Of a stretch of DNA of 64,000 nucleotides, positions 37,776 through 50,552 are shown one piece after another; within the stretch, counting starts at the first letter, position 1; every line of letters begins with the position of its first letter. The notes beneath the pieces are model-generated. The model ran no database searches, was not told the origin of the DNA, and saw nothing but the letters and a program-made list of their open reading frames with translations. The position numbers and the translations under genes are program-made. Source of the DNA: Mustelus asterias (Eukaryota); the NCBI RefSeq assembly GCF_964213995.1, contig NW_027590122.1, positions 372,001-436,000 on the forward strand, in the 5' to 3' direction.

Positions 37776-38340
37776 TAGAACATAGAACAGTACAGCACAG
37801 AACAGGCCCTTCGGCCCACGATGTTGTGCCGAGCTTTATCTGAAACCAAGATCAAGCTATCCCACTCCCTATCATCCTGGTGTGCTCCATGTGCCTATCC
37901 AATAACCGCTTAAATGTTCCTAAAGTGTCTGACTCCACTATTACTGCAGGCAGTCCATTCCACACCCCAACCACTCTCTGCGTAAAGAACCTACCTCTGA
38001 TATCCTTCCTATATCTCCCATCATGAACCCTATAGTTATGCCCCCTTGTAATAGCTCCATCCACCCGAGGAAATAGTCTTTGAACGTTCACTCTATCTAT
38101 CCCCTTCATCATTTTATAAACCTCTATTAAGTCTCCCCTCAGCCTCCTCCGCTCCAGAGAGAACAGCCCTAGCTCCCTCAACCTTTCCTCATAAGACCTA
38201 CCCTCCAAACCAGGCAGCATCCTGGTAAATCTCCTCTGCACTCTTTCCAGCGCTTCCACATCCTTCTTATAGTGAGGTGACCAGAACTGCACACAATATT
38301 CCAAATGTGGTCTCACCAAGGTCCTGTACAGTTGCAGCAT
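37776..38340 (-). mobile_element. Young CR1 3' fragment
   Basis: ORF 37852-38340; nearly identical to 45346-45895. Confidence 0.9.
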
Positions 38341-38809
38341 AAAGGTAAATGACTGAAATATTGAGAATTGATGATATGCTGTGCTCTAGTTCTCAAAGTT
38401 CTGCTGCAGGACCATGCAATGGTTTCAAAGCTTTTATACCGTTTCCCCCTCACTCCTCCCTTTATGGTGCTGATTCTGGCTGGGTTCAATCGCACAGTCA
38501 CTGGTTCTTCTCTCTGTCACTGATACTGAATACTCACCCTTTTAGAGAATGATACAGCATAAATAGAAACCATTTGGCCCATTTTGTCTCTGCTGGCTCT
38601 CTGGAAGATCTATCCAACTAATTCCACAGCCCGGCTGGTCGAGTCAGAACAATGCATATCTGCTGTAGTAATCTGAGACCTTAATGGAAAAGGGTTTCCA
38701 CAGTTAAGCATACCAGGTGGCTGGTAGAATTTAATTGAATGTTTCTGCAGATCCCATATACTGCAGTGACATTATCCTGAAGGGCCAAGGGAGTATTCCA
38801 GTGTGTTAA

Positions 38810-39107
38810 CCAGAATACTCCAGGGCACAACCTCAGACTAAAGGGACGATCCTTTAAAACAGAGATTAGGAGGAATTTCTTCAGCCAGAGAGTGGTGAAT
38901 CTGTTGGAACTCTTCGCCACAGAAGGCTGTGGAGGCCAGGTCATTGAGTGGCTTCCACAGAGATAGATAGGTTCTTGATTAATAAGGGGATCAGGGGTTA
39001 TGGGGAAAAGGCAGGAGACTGGGGATGAGGAAAATATCAGCCATGATTGAATGGCAGAGCAGACTCGATGGGCCAAGTGGCCTAATTCTGCTCCTATGTC
39101 TTATGGT
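38810..39107 (+). mobile_element. CR1 3' fragment
   Basis: RGHNLRLKG, NFFSQRVVNL, 3' UTR. Confidence 0.85.
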
Positions 39108-39556
39108 CAAGAGTGGATGAATGTTGGAATTACAAAAAGGCATTCATATTCTGAATCTTCATAGTTATCACTTATCTGGGATGTTTCAATATGAAAGAAT
39201 CCCATGTACTTGTCAGGTGAGAGGTCGTGTCCAATAGAACTGTGAAAGACCTGTTAGATTACACTGGGGTTTATGTGATCAGGTCGTTAAATGAACAAGG
39301 TCTTTATCAGACTGGAGCTGTGTCTTTGATTCTCCACAACAGTTGTAGGTAGTGTCCTTACTAAATATCCACCACAAACAAAATAGTCCGGAGGTCTGAG
39401 GTTATTGTGATCACAGCCCTTCAAATTGGATGCATAAATTCTTTCCCACACGGAGCAGGTGAATGGCCTTTTCCTATGTGTGTACATTGAGGAGGCAGTG
39501 GCATAGTGATATTGTCACTAGCACAGTAATCCAGAGACCCAGGGCAATGCTCTGAC

Positions 39557-39976
39557 CATGAAACCATAGAAACCCTACAGTACAGAAAGAGGCCATTCGG
39601 CCCATCGAGTCTGCACCGACCACAATCCCACCCAGGCCCTATATCCCTACATATTTTACCCACTAATCCCTCTAATCTACACATCCCAGGACACTAAGGG
39701 GCAATTTTAGCACGGCCAATTGCTGATTGCTCACTAATGTCCTCTGGGGAAGGAAATCTGCTGTCCCTCTCCCCACCCTATACCCGTAATCCCATACATT
39801 TAGCATGGCCATTCCACCTAGCCTGCACATCTTTGGAGTGTGGAAGAAACCGGAGCACACGGAGGAAATCCACACAAACTCAGAAAGAATGTGCAAACTC
39901 CACAGAGACTGAAATTGAACTCAGGTGCCTGGATCTGTGAGGCAGCAGTGCGATCCACCATGCCACCTTGCTGCCC
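39557..39976 (-). mobile_element. Two partial HE1/V-SINE copies
   Basis: 3' part 39557-39720; 5' part 39770-39976. Confidence 0.7.
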
Positions 39977-39979
39977 AAA

Positions 39980-40450
39980 TAGGAGACCAAAAGTATATAT
40001 CCTTGGGAGACACCAAGTTCAAAGACTTTGGAGAGGAAAGGGAGACTGGAGATGGGGCCATAATTTGCAAGCAAAGTGGGATCAAAGGGTTTTTTTCATA
40101 AAGGGTGATGTTTGTGTATTTAAAAGTGAGAGGAACAAAACCAGAAGAGAGGGAGAGAATCATTAACAATATCAGCCAATATGGGGAAGTTGGATGGTCA
40201 GTAATTTAATGAAAATAGAGTCAGGGCCAAGACAGGAAAGAAACTGTTGAAAGATGCAGGTTCAAGGCTCAGACAGGGAGAGGCTTTAGATACATTAGTT
40301 TGGCTCAGTGGGAGGGTGGAAGAGAGGGAAGCAGCAGGGACAGCTGAATGGGTTGGCTCAATCCTAGTAACAAAGAAGCTCCATGACTTCATCACACTTT
40401 TTGTTGGGGGTCAGGATGGAGGAGACAGGGGAGAGGGAGAGCCATTCGAA
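39980..40450 (-). mobile_element. Old L2-like LINE RT remnant
   Basis: LANYGPISSLPFLSKVFE on the minus strand. Confidence 0.6.
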
Positions 40451-40642
40451 AGGAATGGACTTGAGTCAGAGATAATAAAAAGTTTCAACAGATTGTTTGT
40501 TTAACATAAAAGCAGATTGATTTGACTTTCATCCAGGACATTCGTATTTATTTGTGGGCTCAAATTTATTTACATCAGAGGCGAATGACCACAATCAACA
40601 TGTTTGTGATTTGTGATAAACAGCAGAATCAAACTCCAGCAG

Positions 40643-41839
40643 TCACTTGTCAACTCGCTGATGGCTCAACAGGTTGTATTTCTGAGTGAATCCCTTTCCA
40701 CATTTGGAGCAGGTGAACGGCCTCTCCCCAGTGTGAATTCGCTGGTGGACAGTGAGTTGGGATGGTCGCCTGAACCCAGTCCCGCAGTGAGTGCACTTGA
40801 ACGGTCTCTCATCAGTGTGACCACGTTGATGAGACATCAGATCACTGCAGCTTTTATAGCATTTCCCGCAGTCTGGACATTTAAAAGGTCTCTCCTCACT
40901 GTGAACACGTTGATGGGACACTAGACTGCTGGAACTTTTACAGCACTTCCCGCAGTCTGGACATTTAAACGGTCTCTCATCGGTGTGAACTTGCTGATGT
41001 GCCATGAGGTGTGATGTCCGAGTGAATCCCTTCCCACAGTCAGTGCAAGTGAACGGCCGCTCCCCAGTGTGAATTCACTGGTGTTCAGTGAGTTGAGATG
41101 ACCACCTGAACCCAGTCCCGCAGTGAGAGCACCTGAACGGTCTCTCATCAGTGTGAACACGTTGATGGAACATTAGTTCTCTGGAACCTCTATAACACTT
41201 CTCGCAGTCTGGGCATTTAAATGGTCTCTCCTCAGTGTGAACACGTTGATGGAACATCACTTCCTTTAAACTTTTATAGCACTTGCCACATTCTGGACAT
41301 TTAAATGGTCTTTCCTCTGTGTGAACTCGCTGGTGTGTCTGCAGTGTAGATGACTGAGTGAATCCCTTCCCACACTCGGAGCAGGTGAATGGCCTCTCTC
41401 CCTTGTGAATCCGCTGGTGTCTCAGCAGGTTGAATGACTGAGTGAATCGCATCCCACATTCAGAGCAGGTGAATGGCCTCTCTCCAGTGTGAACCCGCTG
41501 GTGTGTCAGCAGGTTAGATGATTGAGTGAATCCCTTTCCACACTCGGAGCAGATAAATGGCCTCTCTCCAGTGTGAACTCGCTGGTGTGTCAGCAGGGTG
41601 GATGACTGAGTGAATCCTCTCCCACACTCAGAGCAGGTGAACAGCCTCTCCCCAGTGTTACTGTATTGGTGAATTTCCAGCTCAGACAGGTCTCTGAATC
41701 CTTCCCCACATTTCCACGGTTTCTCCTCAGTGTGACTGCACTTGTGTCTTGACAGGCCAGATGATTGTCTGAATCCTTGTCCACACACAGAACACGTGTA
41801 CAGTTTTGCCCCATTGTGAATGGTGCTTTTTCCTTCCAT
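40643..41839 (-). pseudogene. C2H2 zinc-finger gene E (14 finger units) with one in-frame TGA at 41075-41077; truncated gene or pseudogene
   Basis: MEGKSTIH start; ORFs 41075-41845 and 40643-41005 are in the same frame; HQ*IH (CGA>TGA); acceptor tttcacag at 41949. Confidence 0.75.
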
Positions 41840-42551
41840 GCTCAAGGTTCAGTGGTATTCAGGTAACGATAAGTTGGGCGACTCAGTCAGATCTGGATTT
41901 GATGTTTGGTTTGAGTTTCCTGACTGCAAATCATCCCCTTCTAAAACCCTGTGAAATTGATTTAAAACAGCGAAAAGGGAGTGAGAGAGATCCCACAAAA
42001 ACACAAAGGCAGGTTGTGAAATTGAGCCGAATGAATCTGGTCATTTGTGGGGCCGGCACCAGGAAAAAGTTACCATGGAAACTGCTGGATTGTCATAAAA
42101 CCTCAACTGGTTCACTAATGCCTTTCAGGGAAGGGAATCTGCCATCCAGTCTGGGACTACACAAGGCTCAGGCCTCAATGGATGGAGAGAGAGATGGGGG
42201 CAAAGGAGGGACTTTATGTATCTTACAACTCAACCAGTGGTTTGAACCTAAAAACCGTTAACCTGCCCACCGAGAAGGATCAGGGTAAGAGGTGTATGTG
42301 AACACCATCATCTCCAAATTCCCTCCAATTTTACACACCATCCTCCCTTGTCTGACATCCAGGACTGGATGAGCAGTAATTGCCTTTGTTAAATATTGGA
42401 AGATGAAGGCTGTCATCTTCAGCCCTGCAACAAATTCCACTTCCGAACCACTGACTCCATCTGTCCCCATTGCGACTGTCTGAGGCTGAACCGGAGTATT
42501 CACAACCTCAGTGACATGTTTCACTTCAAACTGAGCTTCTAAACATATCCT

Positions 42552-43348
42552 CATAGAATCTACAGCACGGAGACAGGCCCTTCGGCCCAAACTGGACAAT
42601 GCCCACCAAAAATGCCCATGTGAGCTAACTCCATTTGGCCCATATCCCTCTGAACCTTTCCTATCCATGTATCTGTCCAAATGCCTTTTAAATGTTGACA
42701 ATGTCCCTGTCTCAACCACTCCCTCCGGCAGCTCATTCCACATACGTACCACCCTCTGTGTAAAAAAGCTGCTCCTCAGGTTCCCATTAATTCTTTCCCC
42801 TCTTAACTTAAACTTATGCCCTCTAATTCTTAATTCCCCAACCCTGGGAAAAAGACTGAGTGCATTCAACCTATCCATGCCTCTCATGATCTTACACACC
42901 TCTATAAGATCACCCCTCAGTCTCCTACGCTCCAAAGAAAAAAGTCCTAACTCATCCAATCTCTCCCTATAACTTGAGTACTGGCAACATCCTTGTAAAT
43001 CTCTTCTGCACTCTCTCCAGTTGAATAACATCTTTCCAAATCAAGGTGACCAAAACTGAACACAATATTCCAGGTGCAGCCTCACCAAAGTCCTGTACAA
43101 CTGCAACATAACTTCCCAACTCCTATACTCAATGCCCTGACTGATAAAGGCCAGCATGTCAAAAGCCTTCTTCACTGCCCTATCTACACGTGACTCCACC
43201 TTAAGAGAACCGTGCACCTGGACTCCAAGGTCCCTCTGTTCCACGATACTCCCTGAGGTCCTACCATTCACTGTGAAAGTTCTACCTTGGTTTGACTTCC
43301 CATGATGCAACACCTCACACTGATCTGTATTTAACTCTATTTGCCACA
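42552..43348 (-). mobile_element. CR1 3' fragment
   Basis: LVRLHLEYCVQFWSP, FFTQRVVRMWNELP. Confidence 0.9.
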
Positions 43349-43429
43349 TCACCACCTACACTACCTATTTCCACCTCAGTGACATCGCCCCACTTTGTCC
43401 TGGCCTCAGCTCACCTGCTGCTGAAACCA

Positions 43430-45895
43430 GGTGGAGGAAGGAATTGCTAAGCAGATTATGGATATCTGTGGGGGCACAGGGTAGTTGTCATGGGGGACTT
43501 TAACTTTCCAAATATTGATTGGTACCTTTGTAGGTCGAACAGTTTGGATGGGGCAGTTTTTGTGCAGTGTGTGCAGGAGGGTTTCCTGACACAATATGTG
43601 GATAGGCCGACAAGAGGTGGGGCCACAGTAGATTTGGTACTGGGAAATGAACCGGGCCAAGTGTTAGATTTGGTTGTGGGAGAGCACTTTGGAGATAGTG
43701 ACCACAATTCGATGTCTTTTGTTATTGCAATGGAGAAGGATAGGGCCGTACGGCAGGGCAAGGTTTATAATTGGGGGAAGAGGTAATTATGATGCGATTA
43801 GGCAAGAATTAGGGGGCATAAGATGGGAACAGAAACTGTCAGGGAAAGGCACTAATGAAAAGTGGAATTTTTTCAAGGAACAAATACTGTGTGTCCTTGA
43901 TAGGTATGTCCCTGTCAGGCAGGGAGGAAATGGCCGAGTGAGGGAACCATGGTTCACAAAAGAGGTGGGAAGCTTATGAGGAAACAAGGTTCAGATGGCT
44001 CGATTGAGGGTTACAAGTTAGCAAGGAATGAGCTGAAAAAGGGGCTTAGGAGAGCTAGGAGGGGACATGAGAAGTCCTTGGCGGGTCGGATCAAGGAAAA
44101 CCCCAAGGCTTTTTACTCTTATGTGAGGAATAAACAAATGACCAGGGTGAGGTTAGGGCCGGTCAAGGACAGTAGTGGGAACTTGTGTATGGAGTCAGTA
44201 GAGATAGGAGAGGTGATGAATGAATACTTTTCTTCAGTGTTCACCAAGGAGAGGGGTCATGTTTTTGAGGAAGAGAAGGTGTTACAGGCGAATAGGCTGG
44301 AGGAAGTAGATGTTCGGCGGGAGGATGTACTAGCAGTTTTGAATAAACTGAAGGTCGATAAGTCTCCTGGGCCTGATGAAATATATCCTAGGATTCTTTG
44401 GGAGGCAAGGGATGAGATTGCAGAGCCTTTGGCTTTGATCTTTGGGTCCTCACTGTCCACGGGGATGGTGCCAGAGGACTGGAGAGTGGCGAGTGTTGTA
44501 CCTCTCTTTAAGAAAGGGAATAGAAATGACCCTGGTAATGATAGGCCGGTTAGTCTTACTTCGGTGGTTGGTAAGTTGATGGAAAAGGTCCTTAGGGATG
44601 GGATTTACGACCATTTAGAAAGATGCGGATTAATCCGGGATAGTCAGCACGGATTCGTGAAGGGCAAGTCGTGCCTCACAAATTTGATTGAATTTTTTGA
44701 GGAGGTAACTAAGTGTGTTGACGAAGGTAGGGCAGTTGATGTCAGAAACATGGATTTTAGTAAGGCGTTTGATAAGGTCCCCCATGGTCAGCTTATGATG
44801 AAAGTAAGGAGGTTGGGATAGAGGGAAAGTTGGCTGATTGGATAGGTAACTGGCTGTCTGATCGAAGACAGAGGGTGGTGGTGAATGGAAAATTTTCGGA
44901 TTGGAGGCAGGTTGCTAGCGGAGTGCCACAGGGATCAGTGCTTGGTCCTCTGCTATTTGTGATTTTTATTAATGACCGAGAGGAGGGGGCTGAAGGGTGG
45001 ATCAGTAAATTTGCTGATGACACCAAGATTGGTGGAGTAGTGGATGAGGTGGAGGGCTGTTATAGACTGTAAAGAGACATAGATAGGATGCAAAGCTGGG
45101 CTGAAAAATGGCAGATGGAGTTTAACCCTGATAAATGTGAGGTTTTTCATTTTGGTAGGACAAATTTAAGTGTGGATTACATGGTCAAAGGTAGGGTTCT
45201 GAAGACTGTGGAAGAACAGAGAGATCTTGGGGTCCATATCCACAGATCTCTGAAGGTTGCCACTCAAATGGATAGAGCTGTGAAGAAGGCCAATAGTGTG
45301 TTAGCTTTTATTAACAGGGGGTTGGAGTTTAAGAGCTGTGGGGTTATGCTGCAACTGTACAGGACCTTGGTGAGACCACATTTGGAATATTGTGTGCAGT
45401 TCTGGTCACCTCACAATAAGAAGGATGTGGAAGCGCTGGAAAGAGTGCAAAGGAGATTTACCAGGATGCTGCCTGGTTTGGAGGGTACGTCTTATGAGGA
45501 AAGGTTGAGGGAGCTAGGGCTGTTCTCTCTGGACCGGAGGAGGTTGGGGGGAGACTTAATAGAGGTTTATAAAATGATGAAGGGGATAGATAGAGTGAAC
45601 GTTCAAAGACTATTTCCTCGGGTGGATGGAGGTATGACAAGGGGGCACAACTATAGGGGTCATGGTGGGAGATATAGGAAGGATATCAGAGGTAGGTTCT
45701 TTACGCAGAGAGTGGTTGGGGTGTGGAATGGACTGCCTGCAGTGATAGTGGAGTCAGACACTTTAGGAACATTTAAGCGGTTATTGGATTGGCACATGGA
45801 GCACACCAGGATGATAGGGAGTGGGATAGCTTGATCTTGGTTTCAGATAAAGCTCAGCACAACATTGTGGGCCGAAGGGCCTGTTCTATGTTCGA
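43430..45895 (+). mobile_element. CR1 ORF2 (part of the endonuclease through RT and 3' UTR), frameshifted
   Basis: [36 protein letters not shown]. Confidence 0.95.
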
Positions 45896-45899
45896 TGTA

Positions 45900-46645
45900 T
45901 GACTTACTCAGTTAATGGTATGTGTTGGGGAGAGTTACAGAACAGAGAGATCTAAGGGTACATGTTCATAGCTCCTTGAAAGTGGAGTCACAGGTGGACA
46001 GAGTGGTGAAGAAGGCATTCGGCATGCTTGGTTTCATTGGTCAGAACATTGAATACAGGAGTTGGGACATCTTGTTGAAGTTGTACAAGACATTGGTAAG
46101 GCCACACTTGGAATACTATGTACAGTTCTGGTCACCCTATTATAGAAAGGATATTATTAAACTAGAAAGAGTGCAGAAGAGATTTACTAGGATGCTACCG
46201 GACTTGATGGTTTGAGTTGGAAGGAGAGGCTGGATAGACTGGGACTTTTTTCTCTTGGGCTGAGGAGGCTGAGGGTGATGTTATAGAGGCCTATAAAATA
46301 ATGAGGGGCATAGATCAGCTAGATAGTCAATATCTTTTCCCAAAGGTCGGGGAGTCTAAAACTAGGGGGCATAGGTTTAAGGTGAGACGGGAAGATAGAA
46401 AAATGTCCAAAGGGGCAATTGTTTCACACAGAGGGTGGTGAGTGTCTGGAACAAGCTGCCAGAGGTAGTAGTAGAGGGGGTACAGTTTTGTATTTTAAAA
46501 AGCATTTAGACAGTTACATGGGTAAAATGGGTAGAGAGGGATATGGGCGAAATGCGGACAATTGGGACTAGCTCAGGGGTTTTAAAAAAAGGATGGCATG
46601 GACAAGTTGGGCCGAAGGGTCTGTTTCCATGCTGTAAACCTCTAT
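45900..46645 (+). mobile_element. CR1 3' fragment
   Basis: LVRPHLEYYVQFWSPYY and 3' UTR. Confidence 0.9.
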
Positions 46646-47040
46646 GCCTGTTTGCCCTGGATCAAACTGACACCCAGGAACTCCCAAATGCTGCAGCTTG
46701 AATGTGTACTAATAAACTATTTCTTTTATCCAATGATAATTTATTTTTGTTTTTAAGTATTTTATTAACTTTACCACCTGTTGCTATACTATTGTGATCC
46801 TTAGGAACAGAATAAATCTTAGTTACTTCGCAGATACTCACCAAAAATCTGGCTTCTTCTCCTGTAGAAGAGTAAGATCACTTCCTAAAGGCTGAGAAAG
46901 TTAGAAAGCAAAAGGGCACCTCTTTCCCTTCCTTCCCTAACTCCCTTAATTACCCAACTCCCAGAACTCTATTCTAAGCTGCACTCAAGTGATGCCGCTT
47001 CAGAGCTGTTTCTGAGCTGTAGATTCAATACAATACTCAC

Positions 47041-48240
47041 TTGCAGACATGGACATCAAGGCCTGTATAGGTCTCCAGGCCATCATGCACACCATCATGA
47101 TAGGGAGGATGGAGATGTTGTTGCCAGCCATGTACATGATGTTGGGACATCTTGGGCAGCTGTTTCAATGGGCCCAAGGCGATGTCCCAGCAGGACTGAA
47201 AACAGAAAGCGAGCAGGGTATCAGTAAAGGGGGCCGGTTACGGGAGGCCATATGCTGATCTTATACCCAGGCCTGGAAGTTAGGATGATGATTAACCCTT
47301 TATCACACAGGGTGCTGTGGTTCACCAAGGTACTTCACCACCGTGAACAAACCAGGGGCGTTGTCAGCCACACACTAAAGACACATTCAAATCTAACTTA
47401 CTTTCTCGACCAGGATCCGGTCTGTTTCTTGGACGCAGATGTCCGGTAGCTGTTTGTCCGAATATGCGACTGGGCACATGGAGTCTCTCTGGCCACACTG
47501 TTGATCACGGCTCCTATGAGAAACAGAAAACACAAGTTGGTCACTCTTTCAAGACCTTCTTTAAAAAGGGAGTCTCTCTTTTGCGGACCCCAACGTGGTG
47601 GCAATAGTGCCAGCACAAACTAAAGCTTGGGCAAACCTCAGACACACACTGCCATTGCGTGTACCAAACTGCCAGGGGAATGGAGGGATGTAGAAGTAGA
47701 TTTAGTGTGAATTGATAATCAGGGTGCCAATCCGCTTGCCCTCCATTTAGGGACAAAGCGACAAATCACCAGATGTACCAAATTGTATCTTGAAAACAAA
47801 CATTGCAGGACATTGAGAGAGATCCAGTTCAGCACCCGGCCCTGGAAACGAGCAATCGTTCCTCCAACCACCACCGCAGTTGGCATCTGATCAGGTGGAG
47901 GGGCTGAAACCAAAAGGGCATCTCAGGGTCATGACCTGGGGAAAAGATGCCAAGTGGGGTCTGAGTGGTTTCTGGGGGATTTGAGGGGCTGCTTTGTGCT
48001 GAGGAGCTCGGTGAGGGGTAAAAGCGACGTGAAAAACCCGGGGTTGGGAAGTTTTGGGTTGGTGTCACATCCCCAGGTCGCCTTCGCTGGAGAGGCGGGC
48101 TGACCCGACTTGCCTCCTACTCGAGCCCCCGGCTCCCCGCGCGGCCTCCGCATCTGCTGCTGCTGTCGCTCAGGTTGCGCTCGAGGGTCCACTTGTGCCA
48201 GCGCGCGCTGTTGGCGAGCACCCGCCCCCCCTGCCGCCAT
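47041..48240 (-). pseudogene. EMC4: Unprocessed partial EMC4 (ER membrane complex subunit 4/TMEM85) pseudogene: exon 1 48240-48154, exon 2 47513-47402, exon 3 47195-47041
   Basis: Translates to MAAGG/VLANSARWHKWTLE.., [84 protein letters not shown], recognised as EMC4. Exons 2-3 have AG/GT ends with compatible phases. Frameshifts in exons 1 and 3; exon 1 donor reads AT; no later exons found. Confidence 0.9.
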
Positions 48241-48490
48241 GGCAACGCCTGCCACCGTTAACCGTCCCCCCCTTTCAAATCTGATTCCGATCCGGAGAAG
48301 AACCCGCGCGCTTCCGTCAACAAACCACACCCGCTGCAATGCGCATGTGCGATCTCAACCTCCTCAGCGTTCTGCGTACACTGCCCATTGCCCCGCCCCC
48401 CACGTCGCCGCCATCTTTGTTAAGGGCACATTGGTTCTTCATCTTCCGTCCAAACGGAGGACGTCTGCCCCACACAAAGATGGACATCAC
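48241..48490 (-). promoter_or_regulatory. CpG-island promoter/5' UTR of the EMC4 copy
   Basis: High CpG; NRF1-like tgcgcatgtgc, GC box, YY1 consensus cgccatcttt (~48408). Confidence 0.7.
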
Positions 48491-48912
48491 TTACTATCAG
48501 AGATATTTAAAATATTGCTTTTATCGCTTCAACCGTAACGCCGCATAAAGCGTCAATAAAACCGAAAGGACCTTGTCTCCTCATTCAGCAACCAAAATCA
48601 TAAGAATCCATTGTTAATCGGTTTCTCCACAGATGCCGCCAGGTCTGCTGAGTTTATCCAGTATTTTCAGTTTAAATTTCCCAATTCCAACATCCGCAGT
48701 ATTTTACTTTTATTTCCTTCCCATTCTACCTCCAGTGCAACTGGATATCATGAGTAAAGCTAGCACCAGGCTGATCCTTCCGGGTGGAACAGTGGTTAGC
48801 ATTGCTGCCTTACAGTGCTCGGGACCTGGGTTCAATTCTTGCCTTGGGTGACTGTCTGCACGGAGTCCACCCACTGTGGTTGACAGGGCTCTTGACTGTG
48901 TCCAACACAGTT

Positions 48913-49254
48913 GGGGCGGCACGGTAGCACAGTGGTTAGCACTGCTGCTTCACAGCTCCAGGGTCCCGGGTTCGATTCCCGGCTTGGGTCACTGTCTGTG
49001 TGGAGTTTGCACATTCTCCTCGTGTCTGCGTGGGTTTCCTCCGGGTGCTCCGGTTTCCTCCCACAGTCCAAAGATGTGCGGGTTAGGTTGATTGGCCAGG
49101 TTAAAAATTGCCCCTTAGAGTCCTGAGATGCGTAGGTTAGAGGGATTAACAGGTAAATATGTGGGGGTAGGGCCTGGGTGGGATTGTGGTCGGTACAGAC
49201 TCGATGGGCCGAATGGCCTCCTTCTGCACTGTAGGGTTTCTATGATTTCTATGA
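48913..49254 (+). mobile_element. Young HE1/V-SINE-type SINE (partial older copy at 48782-48870)
   Basis: Intact A/B boxes; nearly identical to 61637-61951. Confidence 0.9.
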
Positions 49255-49261
49255 ACTCATG

Positions 49262-50323
49262 CCCCAGGCCACTGCTTGCACTCCCTCCCAGAAAGAGGAC
49301 AGGGTTCCCCTTGTCCTCACGTTTTACCAGACCAGAGACCAGCCTCCGTGTTCAAAGTATCATCCTCCGCCATTGCTGCCAATTCCAGCATGAAGCTACT
49401 CCTCAACACATCTTCACCTCACCCCTCACACCCATCAGCATTCCACAAGGAAGGTTCTCTCTGGGACAGCCTGGTCCACGCCTCCATCCCACCCAACATC
49501 CCATCCCCTACCCACAGCATCTTCCCGTGCAATGGTAGAAGGTGCAGCAGCTGCCCCTTTACCTCCTCCCTGCTCACCATCCCAGGTCCTAAACACCCCT
49601 TTCAGGTGAAGCAGCGCTTCACATGCATCTCCTTCAATCTGGTCTATTGCATTTGCTCCTCCCCATGAAGTCTACTCTCCTACATTGGAGAGACCAAACA
49701 CAAACTGGGTGATTGATTTGCTGAACACCTTCAGCCTGTCTACAAGCAGGACCCAGAACTTCAAGTCCCTTGCCACTTCAACACACCGCCCTGCTCTCCT
49801 GTCCACATGTCCGTCCCTGGCCTTTTGCAATGTTCTAGTGAACCCCAACGCAAATTGGAGGAACAGCAGCTCATCTTCCAATTGGGCACTTTACAGCCTT
49901 CTGGACTAAACATTGAGTTCAACAACTTCAGAGCATGAACTCTCCCCTCCACCTTTATCCCCTTTCCATTTATTTTATTTCATTCTGTTTCTTCTTTTTT
50001 TATCATACTTCTTTCTCACTTCCATTTTATCACTTCTTCATTCCTGCTCTCCTTCTTGCCTCTCCCCGCCCCCCACCACCCCCCCCCCCCCCCCCCCCCC
50101 CCCACTCCTCTTTCAGGGCAACTGCCTTAACCACCTTTACCTCTGCTCTGCTATTCTGATCGCTTATGGACATTTTTAGCATCTCTCTGAGCCGTCTTTA
50201 TCCTCATTTGTATTCCCTTTGTCCAATTACAGCACCCCCTTTCCAACCTCATAATTTAAATCTTTTCTGCTTTTCTTTGCTCTTAGCTCTGATGAAGGGT
50301 CATCCAGACTCGAATTGTTGGCT
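49262..50323 (+). mobile_element. 3' fragment of a second Penelope-like family
   Basis: PCNGRRCSSC, NLVYCI, LLYIGETK (GIY-YIG); decayed hammerhead agct-CTGATGA-agggtcatccagactc-GAATTGTT-ggct at ~50285-50323. Confidence 0.75.
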
Positions 50324-50552
50324 AGTTACTCAATATTTGTTTTGTTATTCGATATTAAATATTAATACATGTATTTAATACATACATCTTCATTCTGAAT
50401 TGAATATCTCGGGAATATGCAACATTGAATTGCAAACATGACTGACCAATAAAAGAAATCGAGTCACTGGGTAATACACGTCCCATGGTGCTTATTTGAG
50501 ACAGTCAGCATTTAAACAAAATCAGATATCTTTAAAGGGAAGAGATTTAATA

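Noticed and set aside
39430-39490. Isolated zinc-finger-like fragment (HIGKGHSP/HRKRPFTCSV)
   Set aside because: Under one finger long; too decayed to call a gene
47929-48538. GC-rich ORFs of 136 and 142 aa
   Set aside because: CpG-island artefacts; the meaningful frame is the frameshifted EMC4 exon 1
48913-48985. SINE heads as tRNA genes
   Set aside because: They continue into V-SINE body and LINE tail, with no proper cloverleaf
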